A DNA stretch of 64,000 nt from Candidatus Nomurabacteria bacterium GW2011_GWE1_32_28 (GTDB taxonomy: Bacteria; Patescibacteriota; Minisyncoccia; Phycocordibacterales; UBA9973). Under the pieces are notes generated by a model, which had not been told where the DNA came from, searched no databases, and was given only the letters and a program-made list of their open reading frames with translations. The DNA lies in the NCBI GenBank assembly GCA_000989515.1, contig LBOM01000005.1, positions 2,709 through 66,708 on the forward strand, read 5' to 3'. Within the stretch, counting starts at the first letter, position 1. Every line of letters starts with the position of its first letter. This document shows, piece after piece, positions 20,201-29,306 of this stretch. A program made the translations under genes and the position numbers.

Positions 20201-20716
20201 ACAGTTTTTGATATTTTTAGTAATGGTAAAAATAAAATTTTAGAAGAAATGAAAAAAGTTCGTGAGATTGTTACATTAGGATTTGAAGCTCGACAAAAAG
20301 CAGGTATAAAGGTTCGTCAACCATTAGCGAAGATTCAAATCAAAAATCATACTCTTGATAAAGAGTATGATGAATTAATAAAAGATGAATTAAATATAAA
20401 AGAAATAAAAGAAAATAAAAATATTGAAAGAGGTGTTCTGCTTGATATAGAGATTACAGAAGAATTAAAAGAAGAAGGATGCTATCGTGAATTTGTAAGA
20501 AGCGTGCAGGATATGCGAAAAAATATTGGTCTTACTCCCAGCGATGTTATCTCTCTTTTTATTGAAACGAATGATAAAGGTAAAAAATTAATTCAAAAGT
20601 TTGAGATTGATTTACTTAAAGTAGTTCTAGCCTTAAAAGTAGAATTTAAAGAAAATGAAGGGGAATCTTTAGAGATTGATGAGTTAGTGTTTAAAATTCA
20701 AATAGAAAAAAGATAA
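17234..20716 (+). CDS. ileS: Isoleucyl-tRNA synthetase with an inserted ~195-aa histidine-phosphatase (PGAM/SixA-like) domain
   Basis: PTANGKPGIHHL (HIGH), WISRERYWGTPLP, KMSKS (KMSKSLGN), Zn-knuckle ECECGG; the insertion carries the RHGQAESN and ITHEGPARLL motifs. Confidence 0.9.
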   Translation: MDKDISKSEAALREEAVLEFWKESKIFQKSLEKEAPKGEFIFYEGPPTANGKPGIHHLEARAFKDAIPRYKTMRGYHVRRKGGWDTHGLPVELQVEKKLNLDSKIAIEKYGIAKFNQGCKESVWEYTDLWSKFTERIGYFVDQENAYVTYHNSYIESVWGVLKKIDEQNLLYKDYKVVPWCPRCGTVLSSHELAQGYEDVKDLSVTVKFKIKGQENTYILAWTTTPWTLPGNVALAVGEKIDYVKVSLNGVFLILAKARLSIIEGEFKIIEEIKGKDLIGLEYEPLYPFLKDTISESEKPKLNKAFKIYGADFVTTEDGTGVVHTAVMYGQDDFVLGTEIGLPKHHLVGLDGVFLKGTGFLEGRFVKDEEVAIDIIKDLANRSTDPLLFKKEKYEHSYPHCWRCKTALIYYARDSWYIKMSDKKIKDKMIQENKSINWEPSHIRDGRFGEWLKDIKDWAISRERYWGTPLPVWECVSCKKREVLGSLDEIKERTKKSGNKYFVMRHGQAESNLKNTISSKVEDVDHLTEKGKKQVFDSLSELKNKKIDFIISSDFMRTKETAEIIKKGLGISNNNLIFDKRIWELSAGIFDGNTWDNFWEVRENGEGYFYKPEGGESHKDLKLRVISFLYDLEKKYKDKNILIITHEGPARLLIAGLKGFNDINTIEYLKDNIVKFDNAEIKELDFVSIPHNESYELDLHRPYIDDIEIECECGGDLIRTKEVMDVWFDSGAMPFAQDHYPFENKEWVDKKGYPADFISEAIDQTRGWFYTLHAVGVLMGRGKAYKNVICLGHLLDSKGKKMSKSLGNIVDPWSMIEKYGVDTLRLWMYSVNQPGESKNFDEKTVIELHRQVFGLLYNVLAFYELYRDIQLETIEYKKSENILDKWILARLDELIDFTTKHLDDYKLLEPTRAIRDFIGDLSTWYLRRSRDRIKDGDKEAKQTLYFVLKNLSKIMAPFTPFAADDIWLKLKNEKDIESIHLAEWPKSSKTVFDIFSNGKNKILEEMKKVREIVTLGFEARQKAGIKVRQPLAKIQIKNHTLDKEYDELIKDELNIKEIKENKNIERGVLLDIEITEELKEEGCYREFVRSVQDMRKNIGLTPSDVISLFIETNDKGKKLIQKFEIDLLKVVLALKVEFKENEGESLEIDELVFKIQIEKR

Positions 20717-20739
20717 TACGATATAAGTATTTTAATAAA

Positions 20740-20777
20740 GGTAGCAAACTCTGCTATAGCAGAGTTTGCTACCTTTT
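20740..20777 (+). terminator. Rho-independent terminator hairpin after ileS
   Basis: GGTAGCAAACTCTGC-TATA-GCAGAGTTTGCTACC perfect 15-bp stem followed by TTTT. Confidence 0.7.
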
Positions 20778-20800
20778 GTCTTTTTCTATACAATAGACCT

Positions 20801-21277
20801 ATGTCCATTGTATTTGATATTTTAAAGGAATTAAACAATACGACGATTAATTATAAAGGAGGATGTGTTAGTTTGCTTGGGATACCAAAATTTTCTCATT
20901 ATAAATATGGTTCTCTTAAATCTGGGGTTAGTAAATTAAAGAAGAGACAATTAATTATAAAAGATGAATCCGGTTGGTTGTTAACCTCAAAGGGTAAAGA
21001 ATATATTTCCAAGAAACATGATTCTTTGGTTCAATTTGAGTCTCCGTTCAAAAAAAATGATTCTAAAAATTTACTTGTGATGTTTGATATTCCAGAAAAT
21101 AAAAAAGCAGAAAGGGAATGGCTTCGTTGGCATTTAAAGAAATTTAATTATGAAATGATTCAAAAAAGTGTTTGGCGGGGTCCTTCTCCTTTACCTAAAG
21201 AGTTTTTAAATTACATCAAAAAAATAAAAATTTATGATAATTTAAAAATGTTGAAAATATCAAAAATTATTAAATAA
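20801..21277 (+). CDS. Small winged-helix protein with C-terminal Cas2-like/PaaX-C-like fold (tentative PaaX-family-like regulator)
   Basis: N-terminal wHTH-like segment; C-terminal LLVMFDIPENKKAEREWLRWHLKKFNYEMIQKSVW follows the LxVxYD...R..L...L...G...QxSV pattern of Cas2/PaaX_C. Confidence 0.35.
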   Translation: MSIVFDILKELNNTTINYKGGCVSLLGIPKFSHYKYGSLKSGVSKLKKRQLIIKDESGWLLTSKGKEYISKKHDSLVQFESPFKKNDSKNLLVMFDIPENKKAEREWLRWHLKKFNYEMIQKSVWRGPSPLPKEFLNYIKKIKIYDNLKMLKISKIIK

Positions 21278-21282
21278 AAAAG

Positions 21283-21325
21283 GTACCTATTTCTGCTATC
21301 GCAGAAAGTGGTACTTTTTTTTTAA
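21283..21325 (+). terminator. Terminator hairpin
   Basis: GGTACCTATTTCTGC..GCAGAAAGTGGTAC followed by T9. Confidence 0.6.
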
Positions 21326-21351
21326 TTAAAATTGTATAGTATAATTAAATT

Positions 21352-21495
21352 ATGAAGAAAGTATTTATTATTTATGGATCAGATGATCAAATAGTTTCTT
21401 CAGGGAAATTAAGAGAGATTTCGAAAAATTTAAATTGTGAATTGGTATTTGTTCCTGGAGGAAAATATTTAAATGGTTCTAGTCGTTTTTATTAA
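21352..21495 (+). pseudogene. 48-codon remnant resembling the C-terminus of an alpha/beta-hydrolase (esterase)
   Basis: MKKVFIIYGSDDQIVSSGKLREISKNLNCELVFVPGGKY: resembles esterase C-terminal strand and catalytic-His region, but with Tyr in place of His and no N-terminal domain. Confidence 0.3.
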
Positions 21496-21538
21496 GCTCC
21501 ACAGATTTTAGATTCTTTATAAAAAATTATTTTTTAAA

Positions 21539-22117
21539 ATGCACCATATTTATCACACAGAGGGAATAATATTGAGTAGTGGAGACCTCAAGGAAACAGC
21601 TAAATATTATTCTATTTTTACTCGTGATTTGGGAGTTATTTTTGCTTCTGCTCAAGGTGTACGAAAAATGTCTTCAAAATTACGTTTTGTTTTACAAGAT
21701 TTTTCTTATATAAAAATTGATTTAGTAAAAGGGAAAGATTTTTGGAGAGTTACAAGTGCTTCAAAGACAAATAAGCTTGAAGAATTATCTAAACCAGAAA
21801 TTTTTCAAGTTTTTGTAAATATTTTAAGACTTTTGAAACGTTTGCTTGCTGGAGAAGATCCAAATGAGGGTTTGTTTGTTGATTTGTTGAATGGATTGTA
21901 TATTTTAGAAAAATCTAAAACAGAAGAAGAATTACGAAACATCGAAGCTGTTATTGTTTTACGTATCCTTAATAATTTAGGATATATTGGTGGTAATGAA
22001 ATTTTGAAAGATTTTATTAAGTCACCATTTGAAGAAGATTTGATATTTAAAATTTCTAAAAATAGAGTAAAAATATTACATCAGATAAATAAGGCAATAA
22101 AAGAGACAGATTTATAA
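21539..22117 (+). CDS. recO: DNA repair protein RecO (short form)
   Basis: N-terminal OB-fold pattern EGIILSSGDLKETAKYYSIFTRDLGVIFASAQGVRK...RFVLQDFSYIKIDL typical of RecO. Confidence 0.55.
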   Translation: MHHIYHTEGIILSSGDLKETAKYYSIFTRDLGVIFASAQGVRKMSSKLRFVLQDFSYIKIDLVKGKDFWRVTSASKTNKLEELSKPEIFQVFVNILRLLKRLLAGEDPNEGLFVDLLNGLYILEKSKTEEELRNIEAVIVLRILNNLGYIGGNEILKDFIKSPFEEDLIFKISKNRVKILHQINKAIKETDL

Positions 22118-22174
22118 TAAATTCTATTTTAGCGAGAGATTCCTAAATTTTGTTTGGAATGTTATAATTAAAAG

Positions 22175-24106
22175 ATGGGACTTGATGATAAAGATAAACT
22201 AAATAGGATAGAAGAATTAAAAAGTAAACTTTTTAATAAAAATTATAAAATAAGAGTTGAACACCATGAGAGCTTCCCACATTTCCAACAAAGAGATGTA
22301 GTAGATTCTTGGGAAAACAAAGAAGAAAAAGAACATAATTCTAGTAATAAATTTTCTATGGAAACATCTTTTTTTAAAAAATTTTTTATATTTTCAATAA
22401 TCTTTTTTGTTTTATCTTTAGGTTATGCTTCTTACATTTACTTTGTTAAAGGTAATACTGTTTCTAATGATAATATAGATATTTCTTTGCTCAGTAATGC
22501 TTTTACTGCTGGTGGAGAGGAATATCCTCTTTTACTTGAAATAGTTAATAGAAATAATCTACCACTTGAATTAGTTGATCTTATAGTAGAATATCCAAAA
22601 AGTTCTCAAGACAGTTTGTCACAAGACAATGAACATATTCGTATATCACTTGGCACTATTCCTGCTGGTGGAATAAAAAATGAAAATATAAAAATTGTAT
22701 TGTTTGGAGAACAAGGAAGTACTCGTCAAATAAAAATTTCTCTTGAATATAGAGTAGAGGGATCAAATGCTATCTTTATAAAAGATAAATTAAGTGAAGT
22801 TTATATTAATTCTACTCCAATAGATCTTTCTATAAATGCCCCTGTAGAAATAAGTCAAAATCAGGATATTACTCTTGATGTAAAGGCGATATTGAATTCT
22901 ACTAAATCAGTTTCAAAGATGCTCATCAAGGTTGATTATCCGATTGGTTTTCAATTCATAAAAGCGACACCAGCACCATCTTCTGGTAATAATGTTTGGG
23001 ATATTGGGGATATTGCCCCCGGTGCAGAACGTAATATTTCCATATTTGGTAAAATGCTGGACGTTTATGATGGTGAAGAAAAGATATTCAGAGTGTGGAG
23101 CGGTTCTCAGTCTACTACAGATAAAACTGTGATAGGAGTTATCTTTAATTCCTCAGAACATCTTGTTTTAATAAAGAAGTCTTCTATTCAAGCCAAGCTT
23201 TTGATAAATGGTGTGTATGAAAGAGAATTTGCTGTAGACACCAAGACATCTATTCAAGGAGAAATACAATGGGTAAACAATCTAGACACAAAAATAAATG
23301 ATTTGGAAGTTCGTGCAAAAATTTCTGGTAATGCCGTTAATCGTAAAACAATATCAAGTAGTAAGGGTTTTTATGATTCAGCACAAGATTTAATTATTTG
23401 GAATAAAAATTCAGATCAAAAATTTTTAGAGATTAATCCTGGTGACTCTGGTTCTTTGTCTTTTTCGCTTTCTCCGCTTTCTCTGTTTTCTGCTTCATCT
23501 GGAATAATAATTTCTCCTACTATCAATGTAGATGTTTATATTTCAGGAAGACAAATACAAAATGGATCTGCTATTTTAGAATTAAGTAACTCAGAATCTA
23601 AAACTATAAAAATTATTTCTGATGTAGGGTTTCTTGCTAAAGGTTTCTATAGTTCTGGTCATTTTACAAATACTGGACCGATACCACCAAAAGTAGGACA
23701 AAAGACAACCTATACTATTGTTTGGTCTCTTTCTAATACATCAAACAATATTTCAAAAACAAAGATAAGTTCTATTTTACCAGATTGGGTTAAATTTGTT
23801 GGTACTTCGTATCCAGACACTGAAGATTTGGTTTATAATACCAACACTAGAGAAGTGACTTGGGATATTGGTACTCTTCCAAAAGGTGCTGGAATTACTG
23901 GTGAAGATAAAGAAGTTTCTTTTCAAATAGAATTTATTCCTTCACTTTCTCAGATTAACACGACACCTATTATCATAAATAGTGCAATTTTGACTGGACA
24001 TGATGATTTTGCTAATGTAGACATAAGAGTTACCAAGCCAGCATTAGGTACTCATCTTTTGAGTGATACTGGTTTTTCTTACTCTATGGGTAGGGTTATA
24101 GAGTAA
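22175..24106 (+). CDS. Hypothetical membrane-anchored protein with large extracytoplasmic beta-rich region (643 aa)
   Basis: Single TM helix at roughly aa 70-90, no recognisable catalytic motifs. Confidence 0.4.
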   Translation: MGLDDKDKLNRIEELKSKLFNKNYKIRVEHHESFPHFQQRDVVDSWENKEEKEHNSSNKFSMETSFFKKFFIFSIIFFVLSLGYASYIYFVKGNTVSNDNIDISLLSNAFTAGGEEYPLLLEIVNRNNLPLELVDLIVEYPKSSQDSLSQDNEHIRISLGTIPAGGIKNENIKIVLFGEQGSTRQIKISLEYRVEGSNAIFIKDKLSEVYINSTPIDLSINAPVEISQNQDITLDVKAILNSTKSVSKMLIKVDYPIGFQFIKATPAPSSGNNVWDIGDIAPGAERNISIFGKMLDVYDGEEKIFRVWSGSQSTTDKTVIGVIFNSSEHLVLIKKSSIQAKLLINGVYEREFAVDTKTSIQGEIQWVNNLDTKINDLEVRAKISGNAVNRKTISSSKGFYDSAQDLIIWNKNSDQKFLEINPGDSGSLSFSLSPLSLFSASSGIIISPTINVDVYISGRQIQNGSAILELSNSESKTIKIISDVGFLAKGFYSSGHFTNTGPIPPKVGQKTTYTIVWSLSNTSNNISKTKISSILPDWVKFVGTSYPDTEDLVYNTNTREVTWDIGTLPKGAGITGEDKEVSFQIEFIPSLSQINTTPIIINSAILTGHDDFANVDIRVTKPALGTHLLSDTGFSYSMGRVIE

Positions 24107-24136
24107 TTAATTATAAATTTAAGCAAAAGAATAAAA

Positions 24137-25429
24137 ATGCAGAAAAAAGAAGATAATTTAATGGAAAAGATAGTTTCACTTTGCAAAAGAAGAGGTTTTA
24201 TATTTCAAGGTTCAGAAATTTATGGCGGACTTGCTGGTACTTATGATTATGGCCATTTTGGTTTAGCTCTTAAAAATAATATTAAGCAAAATTGGTGGAA
24301 GAAATTTGTAGACAATAGACATGATATGTATGGCATAGATGCTGCTATCTTGATGCGTCAAGAAGTTTGGCAAAATGCAGGACACGTAGCAAATTTTGCA
24401 GATCCCATGGTTGAATGTGAGAAATGTAAAGAAAAGTTTCGTACTGATCAGATTGAAGATAAAAATAAATGTTCTGTATGTTGTGGAAGGTTAGGTGAGG
24501 CAAAACAATTTAATATGATGTTTCAAACAAAAGTTGGAGCATCTGACGATTCTTCCGCTATATCATATCTACGCCCAGAAACAGCGCAAGGAATGTTTGT
24601 AAATTTTAAAAATACAGTAGACGCTTTTCACCCAAAGCTTCCTTTTGGTATGGCTCAGATAGGTAAAGCTTTTAGGAATGAGATTACTCCTAGAGATTTT
24701 ATTTTTCGTGTTCGTGAATTTGAACAGATGGAGATAGAATATTTTGTTAGAGAAGGAGATTGGGAAAAATATTTCAAATATTGGAAAGATGAAATGATTG
24801 AATGGATGGAAAGTATTGGTCTCGATATGAGCAAAGTTCATGAGCTTGAAGTAGAAGATGGAGATCGTGCACATTATTCTAAAAGAACAGTAGATTTTGA
24901 ATTTGATTATCCTTTTGGCAGGAAAGAACTTTTTGGTTTAGCTTATAGAACAGATTTTGATTTAAAGAACCATAAGCTGGATTACATTGATGAGGAAAAA
25001 GGAGAAAAAATAGTTCCACATGTCATAGAGCCTACATTTGGTGTTGATCGTGCAGTTCTTTCTTTGTTGCTTTCTGCTTATAATGAAGACGACATAGAAC
25101 GTCCATTTTTTAAATTTAATCCAAGTATTGCTCCAGTTATTTGTGCAGTTTCACCATTGCTTAAGAATAAACCAGAACTTGTAGAATATGCGAATACAAA
25201 AGTATTTGCTCCATTAAAAGCAGAGTTTGGGCGTGTAATTTGGGATGACAATGGTAACATAGGTAAGCGTTATCGTCGTCAGGACGAGATAGGTACACCA
25301 TATTGCATCGTAATAGATTTTGATACTTTGACAGACGATACTGTCACAGTACGAGATAGAGATACAGGAGAGCAGGAGAGAGTAAAAGTTGAAAATTTAA
25401 AAGAATATATACAAGAAAAAATTAATTAA
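24137..25429 (+). CDS. glyQS: Glycyl-tRNA synthetase (alpha2 dimeric type)
   Basis: GFIFQGSEIYGGLAGTYDYGHFG N-terminus, class II motifs FRNEITPRDFIFRVREFEQMEIE and EPTFGVDR. Confidence 0.85.
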   Translation: MQKKEDNLMEKIVSLCKRRGFIFQGSEIYGGLAGTYDYGHFGLALKNNIKQNWWKKFVDNRHDMYGIDAAILMRQEVWQNAGHVANFADPMVECEKCKEKFRTDQIEDKNKCSVCCGRLGEAKQFNMMFQTKVGASDDSSAISYLRPETAQGMFVNFKNTVDAFHPKLPFGMAQIGKAFRNEITPRDFIFRVREFEQMEIEYFVREGDWEKYFKYWKDEMIEWMESIGLDMSKVHELEVEDGDRAHYSKRTVDFEFDYPFGRKELFGLAYRTDFDLKNHKLDYIDEEKGEKIVPHVIEPTFGVDRAVLSLLLSAYNEDDIERPFFKFNPSIAPVICAVSPLLKNKPELVEYANTKVFAPLKAEFGRVIWDDNGNIGKRYRRQDEIGTPYCIVIDFDTLTDDTVTVRDRDTGEQERVKVENLKEYIQEKIN

Positions 25430-25435
25430 ATATAA

Positions 25436-26704
25436 ATGAAATTTACAAAAAAAGTTTTAGAGAATGGTTTACGTGTTATTACAGTACCCATGAAAGATAA
25501 TCCTACGGTTACTGTTTTAGTATTAGTAGAAGCTGGTTCTAAATATGAAACGAAGGATATAAATGGTCTATCTCATTTTTTAGAGCATATGTGTTTTAAA
25601 GGAACAACAAAAAGACCTAAAGCTATTGATATTTCGAAAGAATTAGACGCTATTGGTTCTCAATATAATGCTTTTACTGGGCAAGAATATACAGGATATT
25701 ATGCAAAGTCAGGTGCTAAGCATTTTAAAAAGATTTTTGATGTTGTATCAGATATTTATTTGAATTCTACTTTTCCTGAAATTGAAATGCACAGAGAAAA
25801 AGGTGTGATAATAGAAGAAATAAATATGTATGAAGACATGCCAAATAGGCATGTTCAAGATTTGATGATGGAGCTTTTATACGGCGATCAACCTGCGGGA
25901 TGGAATATCGCTGGTCAAAAGAAAAATATTTTAAACATGAAACGTGATGATTTTATAAAATATAAAAAAGCGCATTATCTACCAGAGGCTACTACTCTTG
26001 TTGTTTCAGGAAAAATAAATGAAAAAGATGTGATGAAAGAAGTTAATAAAATTTTTGGAAAAGTTTTATCTGGTAAAAAAGAAAAAAAGTTGAAAGTAAA
26101 AGAAGTACAAACAAAACCAGAAATATTAGTTAAGTTTAAAAAGACAGATCAGACACATTTTGTTTTAGGCATGCGTAGCTTCGATTTATTTAATAAAAAG
26201 AGTTCCATACTTGCTGTTTTAGGAGGAGTTTTAGGTGGGGGAATGAGCTCGAGACTTTTTCAAAAATTACGTGAAGAGATGGGTGTTGGATATTATGTCC
26301 GTGCTTATAATGACACATTTACAGATCATGGATTTTTTCAAGTTTCAGCTGGTGTTGATAATAAAAGAATAGATGAAGTTATTGTTGCTGTACTAGAAGA
26401 GTGTAAAAAGTTAAAAGAGAATTTAGTTGAAGAAGATGAATTAAATAAAGTAAAAGAATGTTTGATAGGGAATATGAAGCTTTCTTTAGAACCTAGTGAT
26501 GATATTGCTAATTTCTATGGTGGACAGGAACTTCTAAAACGTGAAATGAAAAGTGCAGAAGAGAAAGCTAGTGAAATACGCAAAGTCACAGCAAAACAAA
26601 TTAAAGATGTAGCAAATATTATTTTTACAAATGATAAACTTAACTTAGCACTTATTGGACCCTTTAAAGATAAGTCTAAATTTTCTAAAATATTAAAATT
26701 TTAA
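25436..26704 (+). CDS. M16-family (pitrilysin/insulinase-like) zinc peptidase
   Basis: Inverted zinc motif HFLEHMCFKGT (HxxEH), 422 aa. Confidence 0.75.
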   Translation: MKFTKKVLENGLRVITVPMKDNPTVTVLVLVEAGSKYETKDINGLSHFLEHMCFKGTTKRPKAIDISKELDAIGSQYNAFTGQEYTGYYAKSGAKHFKKIFDVVSDIYLNSTFPEIEMHREKGVIIEEINMYEDMPNRHVQDLMMELLYGDQPAGWNIAGQKKNILNMKRDDFIKYKKAHYLPEATTLVVSGKINEKDVMKEVNKIFGKVLSGKKEKKLKVKEVQTKPEILVKFKKTDQTHFVLGMRSFDLFNKKSSILAVLGGVLGGGMSSRLFQKLREEMGVGYYVRAYNDTFTDHGFFQVSAGVDNKRIDEVIVAVLEECKKLKENLVEEDELNKVKECLIGNMKLSLEPSDDIANFYGGQELLKREMKSAEEKASEIRKVTAKQIKDVANIIFTNDKLNLALIGPFKDKSKFSKILKF

Positions 26705-26725
26705 GTATTTTAAAAGTTTGGTGCT

Positions 26726-27817
26726 TTGTGCTATTATATCTATATGTTAGAGAAAAATAATATTTCTTCTATCTATATATCAACTGGGACAATAATCCGG
26801 TTTTTCTTAGTTGCGTTAGGATTTTTTTTGGTCTGGTTTTTGAGGGATATACTTCTAGTTTTATTGACTGCTATCATTCTTGCTTCTTTTGTAGAATCAG
26901 CTATTCCTTATTTTAAAAAGTTTAAAATTAATCGAGTTTTTGGAGTAGTTATTATATATTTTTTTTCAATATCATCTTTGGCTCTTTTATTTTATCTTTT
27001 CGCACCACTTTTAATAACTGAACTTTATAATTTCTCTGTATTCTTGTCTACATATATGCCAGATTCTTCAATCGTGAATTATTTTAAAAATGATGCTTTT
27101 TCTGGTGCTAAAGATATTTTAGGAAATCTTTCTCATAGTTTATCACTGACGACTCTTTTGTCTTCATCTAGTGCTTTTATTACAAATCTTTCAGGTGGTT
27201 TCTTTCAGGTACTTTCTGTGGCATTTGGAAGTATTTTTAACGTTATTCTTATTGTTCTTATTTCTTTTTATCTTTCAATACAAGAAAAAGGGATTGAGAA
27301 TTTCTTGAGAATTATTTTACCAATAGAACACGAAGAGTATGCAGTAGATTTGTGGGTACGTTCACAAAGGAAAATAGCTCTGTGGATGAAAGGACAAATG
27401 CTTTTGGGTATTTTGATTGGTATTTTGACTTATCTTTTATTATCCCTTTTGGGAATTCAATACGCTCTTCTTTTGGCAATAATTGCAGGAATAATGGAAC
27501 TTGTTCCATATGGTATTCTTGTTGCTCTTATTCCCGCTATATCTTTTTCTTATATGTCTGGTGGGCTTTCAAGTGCTTTGATGGTTACTGGAGCTTATAC
27601 AATATTACATCAATTTGAGGTTTTTCTTTTTGCTCCTCTCATTATAAAAAGTGTTGTGGGTCTTTCACCTCTTGTGGTGATACTTGCTGCAGTGGTGGGT
27701 TTTGAATTAGGTGGATTTTGGGGATTAGTTTTAGCTATTCCAGTTGCTGTCTTTATTATGGAATTAATGAGTGATCTTGAGAAAAAAAAGATTTCTTTTA
27801 GGATAAATAAACAATAA
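26726..27817 (+). CDS. Polytopic membrane protein, AI-2E/PerM-like permease (tentative)
   Basis: 363 aa, about 8 TM helices, size and topology like the AI-2E family; no diagnostic motif confirmed. Confidence 0.4.
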   Translation: MCYYIYMLEKNNISSIYISTGTIIRFFLVALGFFLVWFLRDILLVLLTAIILASFVESAIPYFKKFKINRVFGVVIIYFFSISSLALLFYLFAPLLITELYNFSVFLSTYMPDSSIVNYFKNDAFSGAKDILGNLSHSLSLTTLLSSSSAFITNLSGGFFQVLSVAFGSIFNVILIVLISFYLSIQEKGIENFLRIILPIEHEEYAVDLWVRSQRKIALWMKGQMLLGILIGILTYLLLSLLGIQYALLLAIIAGIMELVPYGILVALIPAISFSYMSGGLSSALMVTGAYTILHQFEVFLFAPLIIKSVVGLSPLVVILAAVVGFELGGFWGLVLAIPVAVFIMELMSDLEKKKISFRINKQ

Positions 27818-27820
27818 ACG

Positions 27821-29302
27821 ATGAAAAAAGAAAGTTTTTATATTACGACCACGCTACCTTATGTAAATGCACCTCTTCATATGGGGCATGCTCTTGAGCT
27901 CGTTCGTGCAGATGCTATCGCACGTTACAAGAAACTTATTGGATATGATGTATTTTTTAATACTGGTACAGATGAACATGGTATTAAAATATATCAAAAA
28001 GCTAAAGAAAATGAGATAGAAATACAAGATTTTGTTGACCAAGGTTTTGATACATTCAAAAAACAATTAAAAATGTTTGGAATGAGTGATGATATTCATT
28101 TTGTCCGTACTACAGACAAACACCACGAAGCTGCTGCACAAGAATTTTGGAAAAAAGTAAATGATAATGGCTATATTTATAAGAAAAATTATGAGACAAA
28201 ATACTGTATTGGTTGTGAAAGCGAAAAGACTGATTCTGAGCTAGAAGATGATGAATGTAGAGACCATCCTGGTATAAAAGTTTCTATAATTAATGAAGAG
28301 AATTATTTCTTCAAATACTCAGCATTTGGAGATAAGCTTTTAGGTTTTTATGAAAAGAATCCAGATTTTATAGTTCCAGATTTTCGTTTTAATGAAATAA
28401 AGGCTTTTGTAAAAAAAGGATTACAAGATTTTTCTATTTCAAGATTAAAATCAAAAATGCCTTGGGGTATAGCAGTACCAGGGGATGAAGATCATGTTAT
28501 GTATGTTTGGTTTGATGCACTAACAAACTATATTTCTACATTAGGTTGGCCAGAAGATACAGAACAATTTAAAAAATATTGGGAAAATGGAAACCCTACA
28601 CAATATTGCGGGAAAGATAACACACGTTTTCAGGGGGCGATGTGGCAAGCTATGCTCATAGCAGCAGATTTGCCGAATTCTCATCAAGTAGTAGTCGATG
28701 GGTTTATCACCGGGGAAGGAGGTGTAAGAATGTCAAAAACATTGGGTAATGTCGTTGATCCTAGAGAAATCGTATCTGAATATGGTACAGACGCATTACG
28801 ATATTTTCTTTTGAGAGAAGTTGGTAGTTTTGAAGATAGTCCATTTACTTTAGAGAGATTTAAAGATGCATATAATTCTGGTCTAGCAAATGGTTTAGGT
28901 AATTTATCTTCTAGAATAATGACTATGGCTGTTTCTAACAATATCACTATTAGTGAATTTCCTTCATTTGAAGATGTTTTAGAAATTTTTTCAGAAGATG
29001 AAGAAATTCAATTTCATAAATATATAGAAAAATTTGATATAAAAAAAGCAATTGATTTAGTTTGGTTTCAGGTTCAGTTACTTGATGGAATTATACAAAA
29101 ATCTCAGCCTTTTAAGTTAGTCAAAAGTGAGAATCTAGAAGACAGTGAAAAGGGTAAAAAACAAATTGAAGAATTAATTTTAGGTTTATATTATATAGCT
29201 AAACTTCTTGAGCCGATATTACCTGAAACTTCAAAAAAGATTCAACAACTAATTAAAGAAAATAAAAAGCCAGACGCACCTTTATTTTTAAGAAAAGAAT
29301 AA
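27821..29302 (+). CDS. metG: Methionyl-tRNA synthetase (short form without C-terminal tRNA-binding domain)
   Basis: HIGH-type motif PLHMGHALE, KMSKS motif RMSKTLGN, Cys knuckle CIGCESEK. Confidence 0.9.
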   Translation: MKKESFYITTTLPYVNAPLHMGHALELVRADAIARYKKLIGYDVFFNTGTDEHGIKIYQKAKENEIEIQDFVDQGFDTFKKQLKMFGMSDDIHFVRTTDKHHEAAAQEFWKKVNDNGYIYKKNYETKYCIGCESEKTDSELEDDECRDHPGIKVSIINEENYFFKYSAFGDKLLGFYEKNPDFIVPDFRFNEIKAFVKKGLQDFSISRLKSKMPWGIAVPGDEDHVMYVWFDALTNYISTLGWPEDTEQFKKYWENGNPTQYCGKDNTRFQGAMWQAMLIAADLPNSHQVVVDGFITGEGGVRMSKTLGNVVDPREIVSEYGTDALRYFLLREVGSFEDSPFTLERFKDAYNSGLANGLGNLSSRIMTMAVSNNITISEFPSFEDVLEIFSEDEEIQFHKYIEKFDIKKAIDLVWFQVQLLDGIIQKSQPFKLVKSENLEDSEKGKKQIEELILGLYYIAKLLEPILPETSKKIQQLIKENKKPDAPLFLRKE

Positions 29303-29306
29303 CAAA

